DNA of 64,000 nucleotides from Podarcis liolepis. Lineage: Eukaryota. The notes beneath the pieces are model-generated. The model was not told the origin of the DNA, searched no databases, and saw nothing but the letters and a program-made list of their open reading frames with translations. A program made the position numbers and the translations under genes. The DNA lies in NCBI GenBank assembly GCA_965112155.1, contig OZ218107.1; one strand, written 5' to 3'. The first letter of the stretch is position 1. Every line of letters begins with the position of its first letter. This document shows, one piece after another, positions 1 to 12,590 of this stretch.

Positions 1-1357
1 TGGTGCCAAAACCAGGGAGCTAATCAGGCTGAGTTCCCAGTGAGATCGTGTTTGAGTTCAAAGAGTCTAAGAGAATTATAGTATTTGAAAAATGACTCCA
101 GCGGCAAATGAAGAAAAGACTCCAGCAAATATCTGGAAGGATTGACTGGTTTTTTTGGTGCTTTTCTTTAAAAAAACACACACACATCAAAAGTTGAATG
201 TTGACTATCAGTGGGTGTACTGCAGTAGTAATTAGATGGTCACATGAGAATTCAGGGATCAGTAGTCAACTGCTAAGTGATGTCTTGAGTGGAACTGGGA
301 AGTGGAGGTTAGGCTTTCATAAATCCAAGTCCTCAGACTAGCACTGCCAGAGAGCTGGGCCCTTTTCTACTGAGCAGTCTTTTCCAACCTGAAATCATGC
401 TGATGTTTTAGACCACAAATCCATCAGCCTTGGCCAGGAAGAGTGCAGATTGTGTCTGAAGCATTTGGAGGGCACCACGTTGGACGATATCCTTAGTACA
501 TAAAGTGTTTTCAGAATGTGCCAAAACTGCATCACTTTTGGTACATATCTTCTGGGGGGTGGCTATTTCAAAGACTGGGTGCCACAACAGAAAAGGTCCT
601 CTTCCTTGTTGTATGATGAAATCCCACAGGAGTTTCTGCTGAGGATCTTAGGTAACCAGATCCTAAAATAATGGCCTAATTCCTGAGTTAAATGTTAGGG
701 TTTAGGGAAATGTTCAGTGTGTATGTGTGCAACTGAAGGAACTATGAGGGGATGGGTTGATAAGGGACTGCAAGGTGTGGCAGGTGGGTGGGGTTGGCAA
801 ACCAAGCAAGCAGGGGTGGTATCCCCTCATTCATAACATTGTAAGAATATAATCCCACAGCAGTTTGTGTGGTTTCTGATTGGTGGTACCGCAAACTGCA
901 CCATGACAACACACTAGCCCAAGAACTGCTGTGCTGTCATGGCAGCATCCGAGACCAAGCAGGGATGAGATGGGTGACCCAGGCCAGTAGTGGGTGGGTG
1001 TCCCCAGAAGTGGGCAGGCATCCTGAGTGAGCAGCCAGTTCGGACAAGCCAGCCACTGGATTTACAGTGGTGGTGGCATGAGATGAAGGTGACCCACACC
1101 GAGCCTTTCAACCAGTGATTTCCAAGGCTGAAAGGATCAGTATGGTGCAAACTTTGCAAGCATTTCTATGTTCCCCGTCGCTGCCATAGATGATAGGGGA
1201 GGGGCAGCAGAGGGGGAAAGTTCCACTTCACCTCCCGCCCTCCACCCAATGCTGCTGCCACCACCATGGCTGCTAGGGAGGGAAAGGGGAGATAAGCCTG
1301 CTGTTTAAAATGACAGTAACAGCTGTGACTGGGAGGTCTGCTGAGATGACAGTAGTA

Positions 1358-1500
1358 ACAGCCCACCCATCTATCTAGCTGGGTTGCCCCAGCCACTCTG
1401 GGTGGTTTCCAACACACATAAAAACATAATATAACATTGAACATTAAAAACTTCCTGTTACAGGGCTGCCTTCAGATGTCTGCTAAAAGTTGTGTAGTTG
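1358..1500 (-). mobile_element. L2 LINE 3' end fragment
   Basis: Shares CCCCAGCCACTCTGGG..ACAGGGCTGC..TTCAGATGTCT with the L2 end at about 33000-33130. Confidence 0.65.
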
Positions 1501-3374
1501 TATCAGGAGAGGAAGAGGTATAAAGGGGTTGGGTGTGGCAGGCAGGCGGGGTGGACAAGTAAGTGGGCAGGGTGGTAGCTCCTACTATAAAAGGGGGAGG
1601 GGAGTGATCTGCCAAACACTACATGCTGCTGCTCCCCTTTGGCACCAACTGTGATCTGTTTGGGGAATATTTCAGTTTATATATAGTTTAAGGTTTAATA
1701 ATTCTATCCCTGAGTAAAGAATTCCATATTTCATGAAAGGAAATGTAATTAAGTACAAACTTACATTTTGGAGGGAAATGTTGAAGGTAAGAAACTGTGC
1801 TATCTCAATATCAACTATAAAAATCATTCAATCATAGTCTGGATTTTTTTAAAGCCACTAAAATGAGCTGTAATAATTTGTCAAAATAATTCCACAAAAT
1901 ATCTAGGGATTCTTATAAAAAACAACTTATTTCAAAACTATCATGTGTAGATAAAGTTTTTTGAACTGAAATGCATAGGTCCATGTATAACTCCACAAAT
2001 GGTCATCTCAGGCAATTATATTGATAGAAAATAAAATAATTGGTATGGATTTTTAAAATGTCATTTTAAATGTTCTCTTTTGTTGATAGTCCCATAAAAT
2101 GCAATGCATTTTATGCAATGTATACCAAAAAAATGACAAAAAAATTACAATCCATTTCTGTGACTTTTATATCTTAAAGAGGGACAAATTGAGAAAAATC
2201 TTAGGTTATGGAGAAAGAACAAATTTGTAGTCCATGCAGTTGCAGTGCATGTTATTTTCTAGGTCAATTAGCAAGGAGTTTGAAAGAAAAAAGTTTGGCA
2301 TGTTGTTTAAAAGAAAACAAGCATTTTCAAATTCTGCCTTTGTGAATAAGCAATGCAAAATTTGCAGCGTTTTGTCACCAAGTGAAGTCATTAGCTCCAG
2401 AGACAAATGCACTGGGCATTTTCTCATTATTGGTTCCCATAAGTTGAGATGGATGTGATGTATCTATAAATACGTTCATCCACATGTTCTTCATTCTTTG
2501 CCTGCAGCACCTCCATTTTTTTCCTAGTTATCTCATAAATTTACATTAGACAGCTTACACTGTAATGCGACTGACTTCAGGAAACAGCCAGTTTGCCTTA
2601 TCCGTGTGACAACAGTGAAAAAGTATAGAATAAACTCAAGACAATATTCTTCATTCTCTGGATCCTACCTATATAACTGCTATGCCCGCTCCCAGTGGCT
2701 GCATCCTAACATGTAATGCTGTGACATGGGACAATACACCTAGCCTCCCACCACCCTTGCACACCCTTCATCATATCTCAAAATTAAACATTTTCCAATC
2801 TTAGCTATGGTAAGTGAAAACAAGGAACCTTTGTAGACTATTTTTTGTGATTAACCACAGTTCATCCTGACTCAGTCAACCCAGCATCCTGCAGTAATCC
2901 AAAATGGAACCAAGAGCTTACAAATTCTCCAAAGGTGCACAGGCTCAGGGAGGGAGAGGGGAGAAAAGAAGGCAGGTACGTGCCCAGGAAGAGCTAGGCT
3001 TGTTTTTGTAACTCTGAGGAATTGTTGCAGCTGAATCAACCTGTTTTTGGAAACTTGTTCATCAAGTTCACTCTATTATATAGGATGCTGTATCCCTAGC
3101 CTACTCATACCTCCAAGTTTGGACTATACATAAAACAGTATTAATCAGAAATTCTACCTCATTTATTGTAATTCTCAAACTGAGAAGTCTCTCATGAGTC
3201 ACATTAAAGCACCTTAAACCTGCAACATTTAATAGACAAGCCAAAATACAATTTTTTTCTAGTCAGAGATGACCTCTGTGAGCATAGAAAGAGGGGGCAA
3301 AATGAATGATATATTACTTACAGTACTTATTTTAAAACAAATAGAAAAGGATTGCTTTCAAATGCTTTAACTAT

Positions 3375-3736
3375 CACTGGGCAACAATTTTTTACTTTTT
3401 GAATGTTGTCTAGATTTCTACAACTGATTTAGGGTATTTTTGCACTGCTGAATCAGGAAATGGCATCCGTTTCTCTCCATCAGGTCAGGTTTTTGTGCTA
3501 TGTTGATGTGAAAAAAATCAGATCTTGTGACAAAATCGATTACATTTTTGTGGCATTATCAGCTGATTTTTGTCAACACATATTATCCTAAATATGTTTT
3601 TAAGAGAAAAAATGTTTTCCCAACAACATATTGATTACCTGATAGAAACATCGATTACTGTAAACTGAATGGTGGGCATTGATAAAGGTAAGTACACGTA
3701 AATTGCATGTTGCTTCACCATTTTTCAAACTTTTGC
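3375..3736. mobile_element. Possible Chapaev/CMC-type DNA transposon terminus
   Basis: Begins CACTGGGCAACA with a subterminal TGCTGAATC motif resembling Chapaev ends (from memory). The other end is not seen; it abuts a SINE. Confidence 0.35.
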
Positions 3737-3880
3737 CAGAAGCGGCTTAGTCATGCTGGCCCCATGACCCAGAAAAACTATTTGTGGACAAACGTCTGCT
3801 CCCTCAGCCTGTAAAGCGAGATGAGCGTCGCAACCCCAGAGTGGTTCACGACTGGACTTAACTGCCAGAGGTCCCTTTAC
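3737..3880 (+). mobile_element. Sauria SINE 3' part
   Basis: CAGAAGCGGCTTAGTCATGCTGGCC..AAAGCGAGATGAGC..GCAACCCCAGAG, shared with the element at 16232-16580. Confidence 0.8.
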
Positions 3881-3889
3881 AAAAATAGG

Positions 3890-4600
3890 AGCTTAGATGG
3901 ACCACCAGAGCCTCGAGTGACACCAAAGGATCCAGGAGTACTCCCAAGCTATGAACCTGCTCCTTCAGAGGAAGTGTAACCCCAGCAAGAGCAGGTGATC
4001 CCCTGCTTATCTGCTCTATGGAAACACCCACTAACAGTGCCTCAGTCTTATCTGGATTGAGCTTCAGTTTGTTGGCTCTCATCCAGTCCATTACTGAGGC
4101 AAGACTTCCTGCACTTCCACTGCCTCACCTGCAGATGTAAAGGAGAAATAGAGCTGCGTGCCATCAACATACTGCTGACAACATACTCCAAACCTCTGGA
4201 TAACCCCACCCAGCAGTTTCATGTAGATGTTAAACAACGTAGGGGATAGGATTGAGCCCTGTGGAACCCCACATTGAAGGTTCCGTGGGGCTGAAAAGCA
4301 TTCCCTAAGCAACACCCTCTGGGAACCCTCTGGGAACGACCATCCAAGTAGGATTGAAACCACTGCAAAGCGGTGTCACCCACCCCTAGTTTGGAGAGTC
4401 GCTCCAGAAGGATACCATGGTTGATGGTACTGAAAGCCGCTGAGAGGTCGAGAAGAATTAACAGGGATTGTCTCTCTCTCTTGACAGAGGTCATCATACA
4501 GGGTGACCACAGCAGATTCTGTGCCAAAACCGGGCCTAAGCCCCAATTGAAATGGATCCAGAAAATCAATTTCTTCCAAAAGCACCTGGATCTGGTCTGC
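3890..4600 (-). mobile_element. Degraded L2 LINE reverse-transcriptase fragment
   Basis: Frameshifted ORFs with [49 protein letters not shown] (decayed YADD) and WMRANKLKLNPDKTE. Confidence 0.9.
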
Positions 4601-5253
4601 TTCCTAGAGAAGCTACACTGGTTTCCTCCTTGCTGATCTTCTGCCAGCAGGTGAAGACTTTCTTGCTTCTATAGGCTTTTCGTAATTGACTCCTTTTCAT
4701 TAAATGGCTCGTGCCATGCTGTTTTTATTGTAATGTTTTAAGCAGGTGTTATATATGTATACAGTTATAATCCTATTAACGTTTAATTGTATTTTAAATA
4801 TTGACTTTTCTGTTTTTAGTGATTCTTGTTTTTATATGCAAGTTGCCTTGAGGTTCTTGAAGATGATGATGTTGATGAAGGTGAGGAGGATGCTATACAT
4901 ACTGTATAAAAAATAATGACATGTTTAGCCCTGAATGTGGAAATAGCGTAAGATAGATTGGAGTGGGGCATTTTTCAATGAATTTTTTGGGGGAGGGGGG
5001 AGAGCCTAGCTTATATATCTGTTCCAAAATTTACAAGTTTTACACTAGACAAGAATGGCAAGAAATCATATCTAAGTTCATCTAGATAGAAAACAGTGAA
5101 AATAAATAACAGCAATTGTAGCCTGTAAGGAGGACTGAGAATCCCCATTTAGAAAAGTATTATGAAGCAGAAATTTTGACATGTGTAGTGCTTTGAGGAA
5201 TACCAATAATATTAGGCCTATGCAGAAGCACAAGGTGCAAATGAGTATTTCAT

Positions 5254-5370
5254 GGAATCAAAGAATTGCAGAATTGGAAGAGATCCACAGGGTCATCTAA
5301 TCTTAACCCCCTGCTATACAAGAATCTCAATTAAAGCCTCCATGGCAAATGGCCATCCAATTTGGATTCA
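5254..5370 (-). mobile_element. CR1 3' end fragment (degenerate)
   Basis: Resembles the CR1 tail at 6113-6284 (AGAATTGGAAG..GGGTCATCT..AACCCCCTGC). Confidence 0.55.
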
Positions 5371-5506
5371 TTTATCCGAGTCTTTGGGAAAATAGAATGG
5401 TAAGAGAGAAGGTGAATGGAAAGTGCTGGTTGTGTAACAACAACAAAAAAAAGGAGATTCATACATATATGGTGGAAATGATGGAAAGATAGATCATGAA
5501 TACATC

Positions 5507-6495
5507 CGAGAGGCACTCATTAAATATTTCCCCTGACGTACTTCCCACGGACTGAGACAAACGAAACTAGGCAATTATTAGTCCTTCTCTACATTGCTAT
5601 CAGCAAGAGTCACAAACTTCTCTCATTGCTTTATGCAGCTGTGGAGACCTCATCTATAGAAGTCAGCGGTTTGCCTCAGAAGCCACGACTTGACCTGAGA
5701 AATCAGCATTTCATTGCCTGGAAAAAGCTTGCCCTTCCAAAATAACTTCATGGCCTCTCGATTTTGATGGCCTTCCGCAATTTCTGCAGCAGTGAAGTGT
5801 AGTATGTCCCAGTAATTGTTATACCCTTTCCAGGAAATCTATCATCACTACTCCGCGCTGGTCCCACACTGATCTTGACATCTGCAGCTAGTAGGCGAAC
5901 AGTTATGCAGGGATCCTCCAAAATGGCAGCCTCCACTTGTTGGGTGGTGTCTTCATCAAAGGTGGACTGTGGTTGCCCAGGAGCTGTTTCCACTGAAGTC
6001 CTGCCACACTTGAACTGACGATGCCAGTGCTTGACTACGTCATACGATGGGGCATCCTCCCCATAAGTCCCTTTCATCTCATCAAATGTCTCCTGTGATG
6101 TGCGCCCTTTCATAGAATCATAGAGTTGGAATAGACCACAAGGGCCATCGAGTCCAACCCCCTGCCAAGCAGGAAACACCATCAGAGCATTCCTGACATA
6201 TGGTTGTCAAGCCTCTGCTTAAAGACCTCCAAAGAAGGAGACTCCACCATACTCCTTGGCAGCAAATTCCACTGTCAAACAGCTCTTTCAAGTACAGGAA
6301 CCTGATAACCGCTCTGCGTTTGACTGGTTCCATTATCAGACGCTACTCCACATTAGCATTTGTAGCACAGAAACTGTTAGGAGTTCAGAGCTACAAATTA
6401 CCACATTACCTATGGAGAGGTGTATACACATGCAATTTAATCCTCCTACGATAACTGGAAGTGGGTCAAGGGAAATCTTTAATGAGCGACACTTG
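5507..6495 (-). mobile_element. Internally deleted mariner element with transposase pseudogene
   Basis: Imperfect TIRs of about 35 bp (core CTCATTAAA.ATTTCCC.TGAC), TA on the right flank. N-terminal MEPVKRRAVIRFLYLKGRTSQETFDEMKGTYGEDAPSYDVVKHWHRQFKCGRTSV helix-turn-helix; C-terminus with stops ending ..NVEKD*. Confidence 0.88.
6113..6284 (-). mobile_element. CR1 LINE 3' end nested in the mariner
   Basis: CTATGATTCTATG tail on the minus strand; CTTTCA duplicated at 6107-6112 and 6285-6290. Confidence 0.85.
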
Positions 6496-7329
6496 TACAT
6501 AGAAACTTTATTTGCATTAGCCACTATCCAGAGCAAGAAAGCTAGATTATTTTGAGGTATGGCAATAAGTTATATTTAAGCATTATTTAACAAAGGTCCC
6601 CCAAGTATATTATATTTGATCTTATTCTTAACTTTTAAAATAGCATTTGTGTAGGACGAACTTCAGGTTTTTTTAGAGTTTTAAAAGTGTTCACACACAC
6701 ACAAATACAGAATTATGCATACTGTAACTGTACACCAGCATTATAAGGAGGAAAAATGATTTCCGCTTGAGGTGGGCACAGGGCAAGAATATATCACCTC
6801 ATCAACTATTTAACCAGAGTTATTGCAAGAACAGAGGGAGGCATCATCAAACCTTTATTGCATTAGCATACAGCCATAGCAAAATAAGACAATACAAAAA
6901 TGCTAGAGACAAGCAACCAAGCAAAAATTCAAGGCGATATTGCTGGCGTAATGACATTTAAATTACCCTAAGACAATAATGCAAAGATTTAGTTGCCAGT
7001 GCCAGAAATCTAATATGCGGATATATATAAAGCATAAGAGGGAGGCAATTAATCCACTTTTAACTATCTTCAGTCTATGGCTGCTGCACAAAATTTACAA
7101 CATAACCTTCCGCATGTTTACTCAAAAGCAAAGCCCACGGTGTTCAACAGAGTTTGTCTCCAGGCAAGTGTCCTTGCTGGTAGCCCTGCAGTGGAAACCT
7201 CTGCCCATCTCACCTGCCCCCTTCCTCTTCAGCTTCAGTCCCTCTCCCACCTCCCTGCCATGCGGAGGCTGACACTGCCTTCCTCACAGAGTCCTGGTGT
7301 TATTAGACTACAACGCCCATCCCTGCTTA

Positions 7330-9460
7330 CCTACCCCGGGCTGGGGCACGTGGGCGTTGAAATCCCAACAAAATGCGGAAGACCACGGGTCCCCCGCTCC
7401 TGCCTTGCGGGGCTGTTGTAAGGATCGCAGCCAGGCAGCGCGCATGAAACGCTTTAACCACCCGAAAGCATTATGTCTAGGCTTCAAGTCAGGCCACCTC
7501 CTCAGAAACAGAATCCCCCGCCCTGAGTTTAGTAGGCCTTAACTGCAACCAACTGCTATAGAGCTCTCAAAAATAATAATGTACACACGCCTCTGTATAT
7601 CTCTGGAAAGAAAAACGTACTGTTCTCGGACGACGACGACACCGTAATGGTTTTTGTACACGGGCACCATCTTAGGAGGGGTAATTCTCTGGTGTGAGGG
7701 AGAGGGAAGGAAAGAGGGGAGGGAGAGATGCCTCTTCTAAGATGGCGGCCGCCCTCAGCGCCACACGCTCAGCCGTCAGAAGCCCCGTTCAAGAGACGAG
7801 AGCGCGGCCCGACTAAGCGCAAACGCCTGTTTTTGGCGACCGAAAGCCTGCAACCCTCGGCTGAACGTTACCCGTTTCTGAAGGGCAACGTGGGAAGAGC
7901 TGCGCTCCGCCACCCGAGCAACGCAGCCGCTCAGCCGCCGCGGAGATGGAAGACGCAGATGCCGCCTCCGCCGCCCTTTTCCAGGTGGCCGGTCGCCTCT
8001 CCAGGTTCGCCGCCGCCGCCTCTCGCTGCCCGTAAACCACCTGAAGTAACGCGCGGAATCCGCGACAAGCTCCGACTCGCCCGGCCTCCCCTTTCTAACT
8101 GCGCCACTCGCGGCGGCAGCCGCCGCTGCTGCTGCTGCTGTGGGAAAGCGACCAGGCGGGCCGCAGCGGCCCGAGTTCAAACCCGGCTCGGCGATTGGCG
8201 GCTTTCTTTGTCCGTCCAATCCTGGCGCCGCTTCCATTGGGAGGGGAGCGTGGCGCTCGCGGGCCGTGAGCCCGCCCCCCTCTCTCTCCCCTCCTCCCTC
8301 TACCGCCCGGGCTCTCTCAAGCGACGAGCGCCGTGAGGTAAATACAAGCAGCATCTCAAAATGGCGGCGCCACCGAGTCCCGGACGAGGCGCGGTGGTAG
8401 CGCCGCAGCCGGAGCCCTTCTCCTCGAACTTGGCGGCAGAGAGCAGGGCCTCTCCGCGCGGCTTCCCGTCAGCTGCCAAGCGCATGAAGGGAGCAGAAGA
8501 GCGGACGCTCAAGGGGCCTAAGCGCGTTAACGGCGAGGGCGGCGGCGGCAGTAATAGGCAGCAGCAACAGCCTCCTCCGCCGCCGCCGCACATACCAGGG
8601 GCGCCAACCCCGGTCGGACACGGAAGCCCCGCCGTGTGGAGTTTCACGGCGTTCTCTTCGGGCGGCGGCGGCGGCGGCGGGAGCGCGGCGAGCGGCGGCG
8701 GGTCTTTCGTTTTCCCGCCTCAGCTGCCCCACAAGTTGCTGCCGCCTCCGCCCTCCCACCGCTGCCTGGCCTCGGGCGCCGACGGAGGCGGCAGCAAGAC
8801 CAAGAGGCCCAAGGAAAAGCGGGACAAGGAGAAGAGGAAACTCGGGGCCTTGCCGGGGTCGTCGATGGTGGCGGCGGCGGCGGCAGCAGGAGGCGGCGGC
8901 CCGAGCGCGGCTGGCCGGGAGGAGAACGGCGACGTGAAAGCGCTGCTGCGGCAACAGCAGCAGCACCGCCACCGCCACAGCCACCGCCAGGAAGGTGAGC
9001 GGAGTGTGACCCGGGGGAGGCAGCCGGCAGGCCCGGGGGTGCGGGGAAACGTCGAGAGCGGGGCGGGAGGAGCGGCGGCGGCGGGGAAACGGCCTACCCG
9101 CCGCGCCGACTCGGGGCTCCCAGCAAAGCAGCCGCGTTCAGGAGGGAGAAGGAGGAGGAAATGGTTGCTCTCTTCGGCGAGCCTGACACCGGAATGGCTG
9201 ACTCGGCGGCACATGGAACGAACACGTTGGCTCGCTGCTTGGCCGCGTGTCTCCGGCGGGGGTGGGTGGGTGCCCTTCGCCCTGTCTTATCGGGGCTACA
9301 CCTGGGGGTGATTTGGGGCTGGTGGGCTCCGTCGGCGGGGGGACTGTCGTGCTGCTGGTGGCGGGTACCTTTTGCAGGGAAAGCGGCAACGGCAGCGCTG
9401 TCTGGCGGCTCCTGTCAAAAAGGGGGTGTGGAAACGGCCACTGCCGTGGGTGGAAGCTGC
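7330..9460. promoter_or_regulatory. CpG island / RSBN1L promoter
   Basis: Dense CpG. CCAAT boxes at 8194, 8216 and 8236; GC box near 8271; YY1 motifs AAGATGGCGGC at 7739 and AAAATGGCGGC over the start codon. Confidence 0.85.
8361..8994 (+). CDS. RSBN1L: RSBN1L coding exon 1 (low-complexity N-terminus)
   Basis: ATG in aaaATGg context. MAAPPSP..KRVNGEGGGG..GSPAVWSF..KRPKEKRDKEKRK..REENGDVK matches the RSBN1L N-terminus. Donor GAAG|gtgagc, phase 1. Confidence 0.9.
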
Positions 9461-10495
9461 CAGAGGCCTTAGGTTTTCAGACCTATTAGGGAAATAAGGG
9501 TGCCTTGTAGCTGGCGGCAAAGAGTCAGATGGGCATCCTAACAATGAAATGCCGTTTATGGTTCAGATTAAATTTTGATTATGAGTATATACATTGATGT
9601 CTCGTTGAAAGGCTGCATTTATTAAGTGGGTTAATATTGATAGCTCATGCCCTGTGGTAGGAACGCCAAGCATATTACAGCAGTGTGTTTTGAATGTTCA
9701 AAATGATGTGCTGAGTTCAAAATGTTGTTTTTCATTTTAAAACTAGAAATGGCTGACTTGTATTTTGCAGCATATACGGTTTCAGCCATAATGCAGTCAC
9801 CTAATGATTATGGAAACTGTAAAAGTGCTGTAAACTTGAGCGCAACTTCGCCTGCTTTTAAAATCCCAATGGGATGATCATATAAAAGCTGTTTGATATC
9901 CTATCTAATATCAATATGTCTTTGAGCTGGATAGGATGCAGCTAGCCCAGTTTTGTGCTTATTTATGGGGAAGTAAACTGCACTTGTTCCCAAACAATTT
10001 AACTGTCTAACTGACCTTGCCCAGTTGCAGCATTATTAGACTCCACTTGGTACTGATGCAGCTGAGAAGTCTGGCTCTTTAGTTCAGTATAGGGAACTTA
10101 GGCAGCTTGGCTAAATCTATATAACTGAACCAGCATAGGCTTCCATAAATTTCAGGTGCAAAGAAATGGGGTGTGGTAGGATCAGTGTTAGTTGGCGGGA
10201 TTAGCTCCTTGACTTGCACTTCTGGAAATCTGCAAGCCAATAACAAGAGTGATGTCAAGGGGGACCACCATAATATAGCTTAAGAACAAACATGCATATT
10301 CTCTTCCATGCACGCAGCTGGCAAGAATACTAAATGCACCCCACAACCACACACAATTATTGCTTAATAGAATAGCAAATGGACAGACTGATACATTTGT
10401 TGCCAACAGGAGTTTAGTAGTATCCATCTTAGCTGGTGTATAGAAATGGACTCCTTTTTTCAGAAGTGCAGGCAACAGAATTTAACATGTTGGAA

Positions 10496-10780
10496 CAGGG
10501 ATGGGGAATGTTTGGCCTGCAGGACTCTCTGTCTGGCCCTCAGAACTCTCCCCAGACCACATCCTTTACTAACCCTGTTTTTTAATCCCAAGAGTTTTTT
10601 CATGGCTGAAACATGCCATTGAGCTCTGATAATTCGCCTTGCTTGCCTGGGTGGAGAATAAAGAGGAGTGTGTGTAGAAACTAGCATACTATAGAAAGGC
10701 AAAAATTACATTTGTTGCTTTGCCCACTTTCACCTCTGCTACAGTGCATGTTGCTTGGAAGAGAAGTTTCCCCACCTCTG
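10496..10780. mobile_element. Old hAT-like MITE
   Basis: Degenerate termini CAGGGATGGGGAA ... TTCCCCCACCTCTG; no clean TSD. Confidence 0.4.
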
Positions 10781-12493
10781 TCTTAGCAAACCTTAACTGT
10801 AGTGCTGCAGGGACTATGTTCCAGAACAGTGCTAAGTCGATATGGATACATTTTAGTTCGTGGATACATAAATAGTTCGTGGTGGTTAACATTGCAAAGT
10901 TGCATTTTGCAGCTCACCCCTGTTGATTCAAGAGGACAGTATTGATCTTTGAAATTTCTGGATTACACTAAAAGGAGATTCACAGTGTTGAGTAAAAAAA
11001 TATTTACTCAGAAATAAGTCTCACTGAGTCTAGGGTTTACTGTCAGATATACATTTGATTGCAGCCTTCGATTCGTCAGTTCATTGAAAAATAATCATTG
11101 TGGAATGCTGAGGTTCACTTGTGTCCTTAAATATTAATCCAATTTTTTTGTCAAATGAGATTTTCCTATTGATCTTTTTGTAAGGAACGGCACTAAATCG
11201 GTCTTAGTTGTTGTTTAGTGGCAGGATATCTATCACAGATAAAGGCTACATAGAGTGGGGGAGAAATACTTGAGGACGTGTCACGTGTCTGCCCTCTTCA
11301 CGTATAAGGTGTGGGTGTGGAGTTTGTTTATATAAAATGAAGCTCAAGGGTGAGTGGAGTGAAACTATCCACTTTTCAGCTTATCTTGTTATGCTCTGAT
11401 ATCTGGAGCAATTTTTTAAAGCCCATCTCTGATCTTGGGTGGGAAGCCAAGTTGGGGACAAAATTCAGTAAACCAGTGAAGCACAGTAAAGTAAACCAGG
11501 AAATACTTCAGTTCTCCTCACCTGTATGCTCCTTTCATGTAAAAAACAAAAAGGCACCACCACCAGCCTTCTGCAACTTCATGTGTGAACTGGGCAAACG
11601 TGTATAAAAGCCATATGGCTGCCCTATCACATGTAACTTCAGTTGTAAAACCATGTACGTAGATTCTTGTCCTTTGCAAACAGTGCTTAACTTTACATTT
11701 GCTTTCAATGCACAGCAATAAACCTTTCACTTCTTTTAACTTACCCAGAATGCTTCTACCTTTAAGTCTATAGGTATCACATTTTTCTTTTAATGATTGT
11801 ACAAGAGCAATTTTGAGGCACATCACAGGTTATTCAAGTTTGTAGTGTGAATATGTATTATATCCAGATAAACATAGCAAAATTTCTGTAAACTGGAAAA
11901 TAATTTATTTTCTTTACTCTATTCCACCTGTCATGCTTTTGGTGTACAACAGATGGAAAAAAATAACTATAAACATTCAGTCTAGTAAAGATAATAATAC
12001 ATGACTGGTCTTCTAATCACACCAGTATGAAGAATGCTTTCCTAATATTTCTAATTAATGTTGTATTCCACTTAGAGCTTTTGTAACCCATAGATTGTTG
12101 TTAGCATGGTGTGTCAGATAGTGTTGAACTTGGATTGGCTAGAAGCAGGTTCAGCCTAGGTGACCTTGGGCCAGTTGTTATCTCTCAGCCTAACCTATCT
12201 TATAAAGTTACAAGAAAGTAAAAAGTGTTTCTGTGAATGGAGAGAAGGGAAGGGAAACTATGTACTCCACACTAAAGTGTTTCATAGACTCATACAATTG
12301 TAGAGTTGAATGGTATCCCAAGAGTCATCTAGTCTAACCTCCTTTTTAGAGGAAATGTGGAATAAAATGTAATAAATTGTAGATATATTTGGCTTTTCAG
12401 AGTAGTAGCAAACTTTCTGAAAGATGCTTGTTTCTTATGGTAGCGACAGCTGACCAAACAACCTGGATAGTCTTATGCATCTCTGAATATGAA

Positions 12494-12590
12494 TATGTTG
12501 TATCTGAAGAAGTGTGCATGCACACGAAAGCTCATACCAAGAACTCACTTAGTTGGTCTTTAAGGTGCTACTGGAAGGAATTTTTTTATT
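12494..12590 (+). mobile_element. Penelope-like pLTR fragment containing a minimal hammerhead
   Basis: 97 nt, one mismatch to the arm at 29924-30014. Flanked by the direct repeat CTGAATATGAA (12483-12493 and 12591-12601). Confidence 0.8.
12500..12537 (+). ncRNA. Minimal type I hammerhead ribozyme motif
   Basis: GTAT-CTGAAGA-A-GTGTG(CATG)CACAC-GAAA-GC-TC^ATAC: CUGANGA and GAAA boxes, 5-bp stem II, 4-bp stem I, palindromic AGCU in place of stem III. Confidence 0.72.

Noticed and set aside
5748-6333. 144-aa and 71-aa ORFs as intact genes
   Set aside because: They are chimeras of a mariner pseudogene and the inserted CR1 tail.
7728-9544. Long ORFs overlapping the RSBN1L promoter and exon 1 on both strands (202, 192, 171 and 164 aa), and the extension of 8361..9311 past 8994
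   Set aside because: Stop-poor GC-rich DNA with low-complexity translations; the real exon ends at the 8995 donor.
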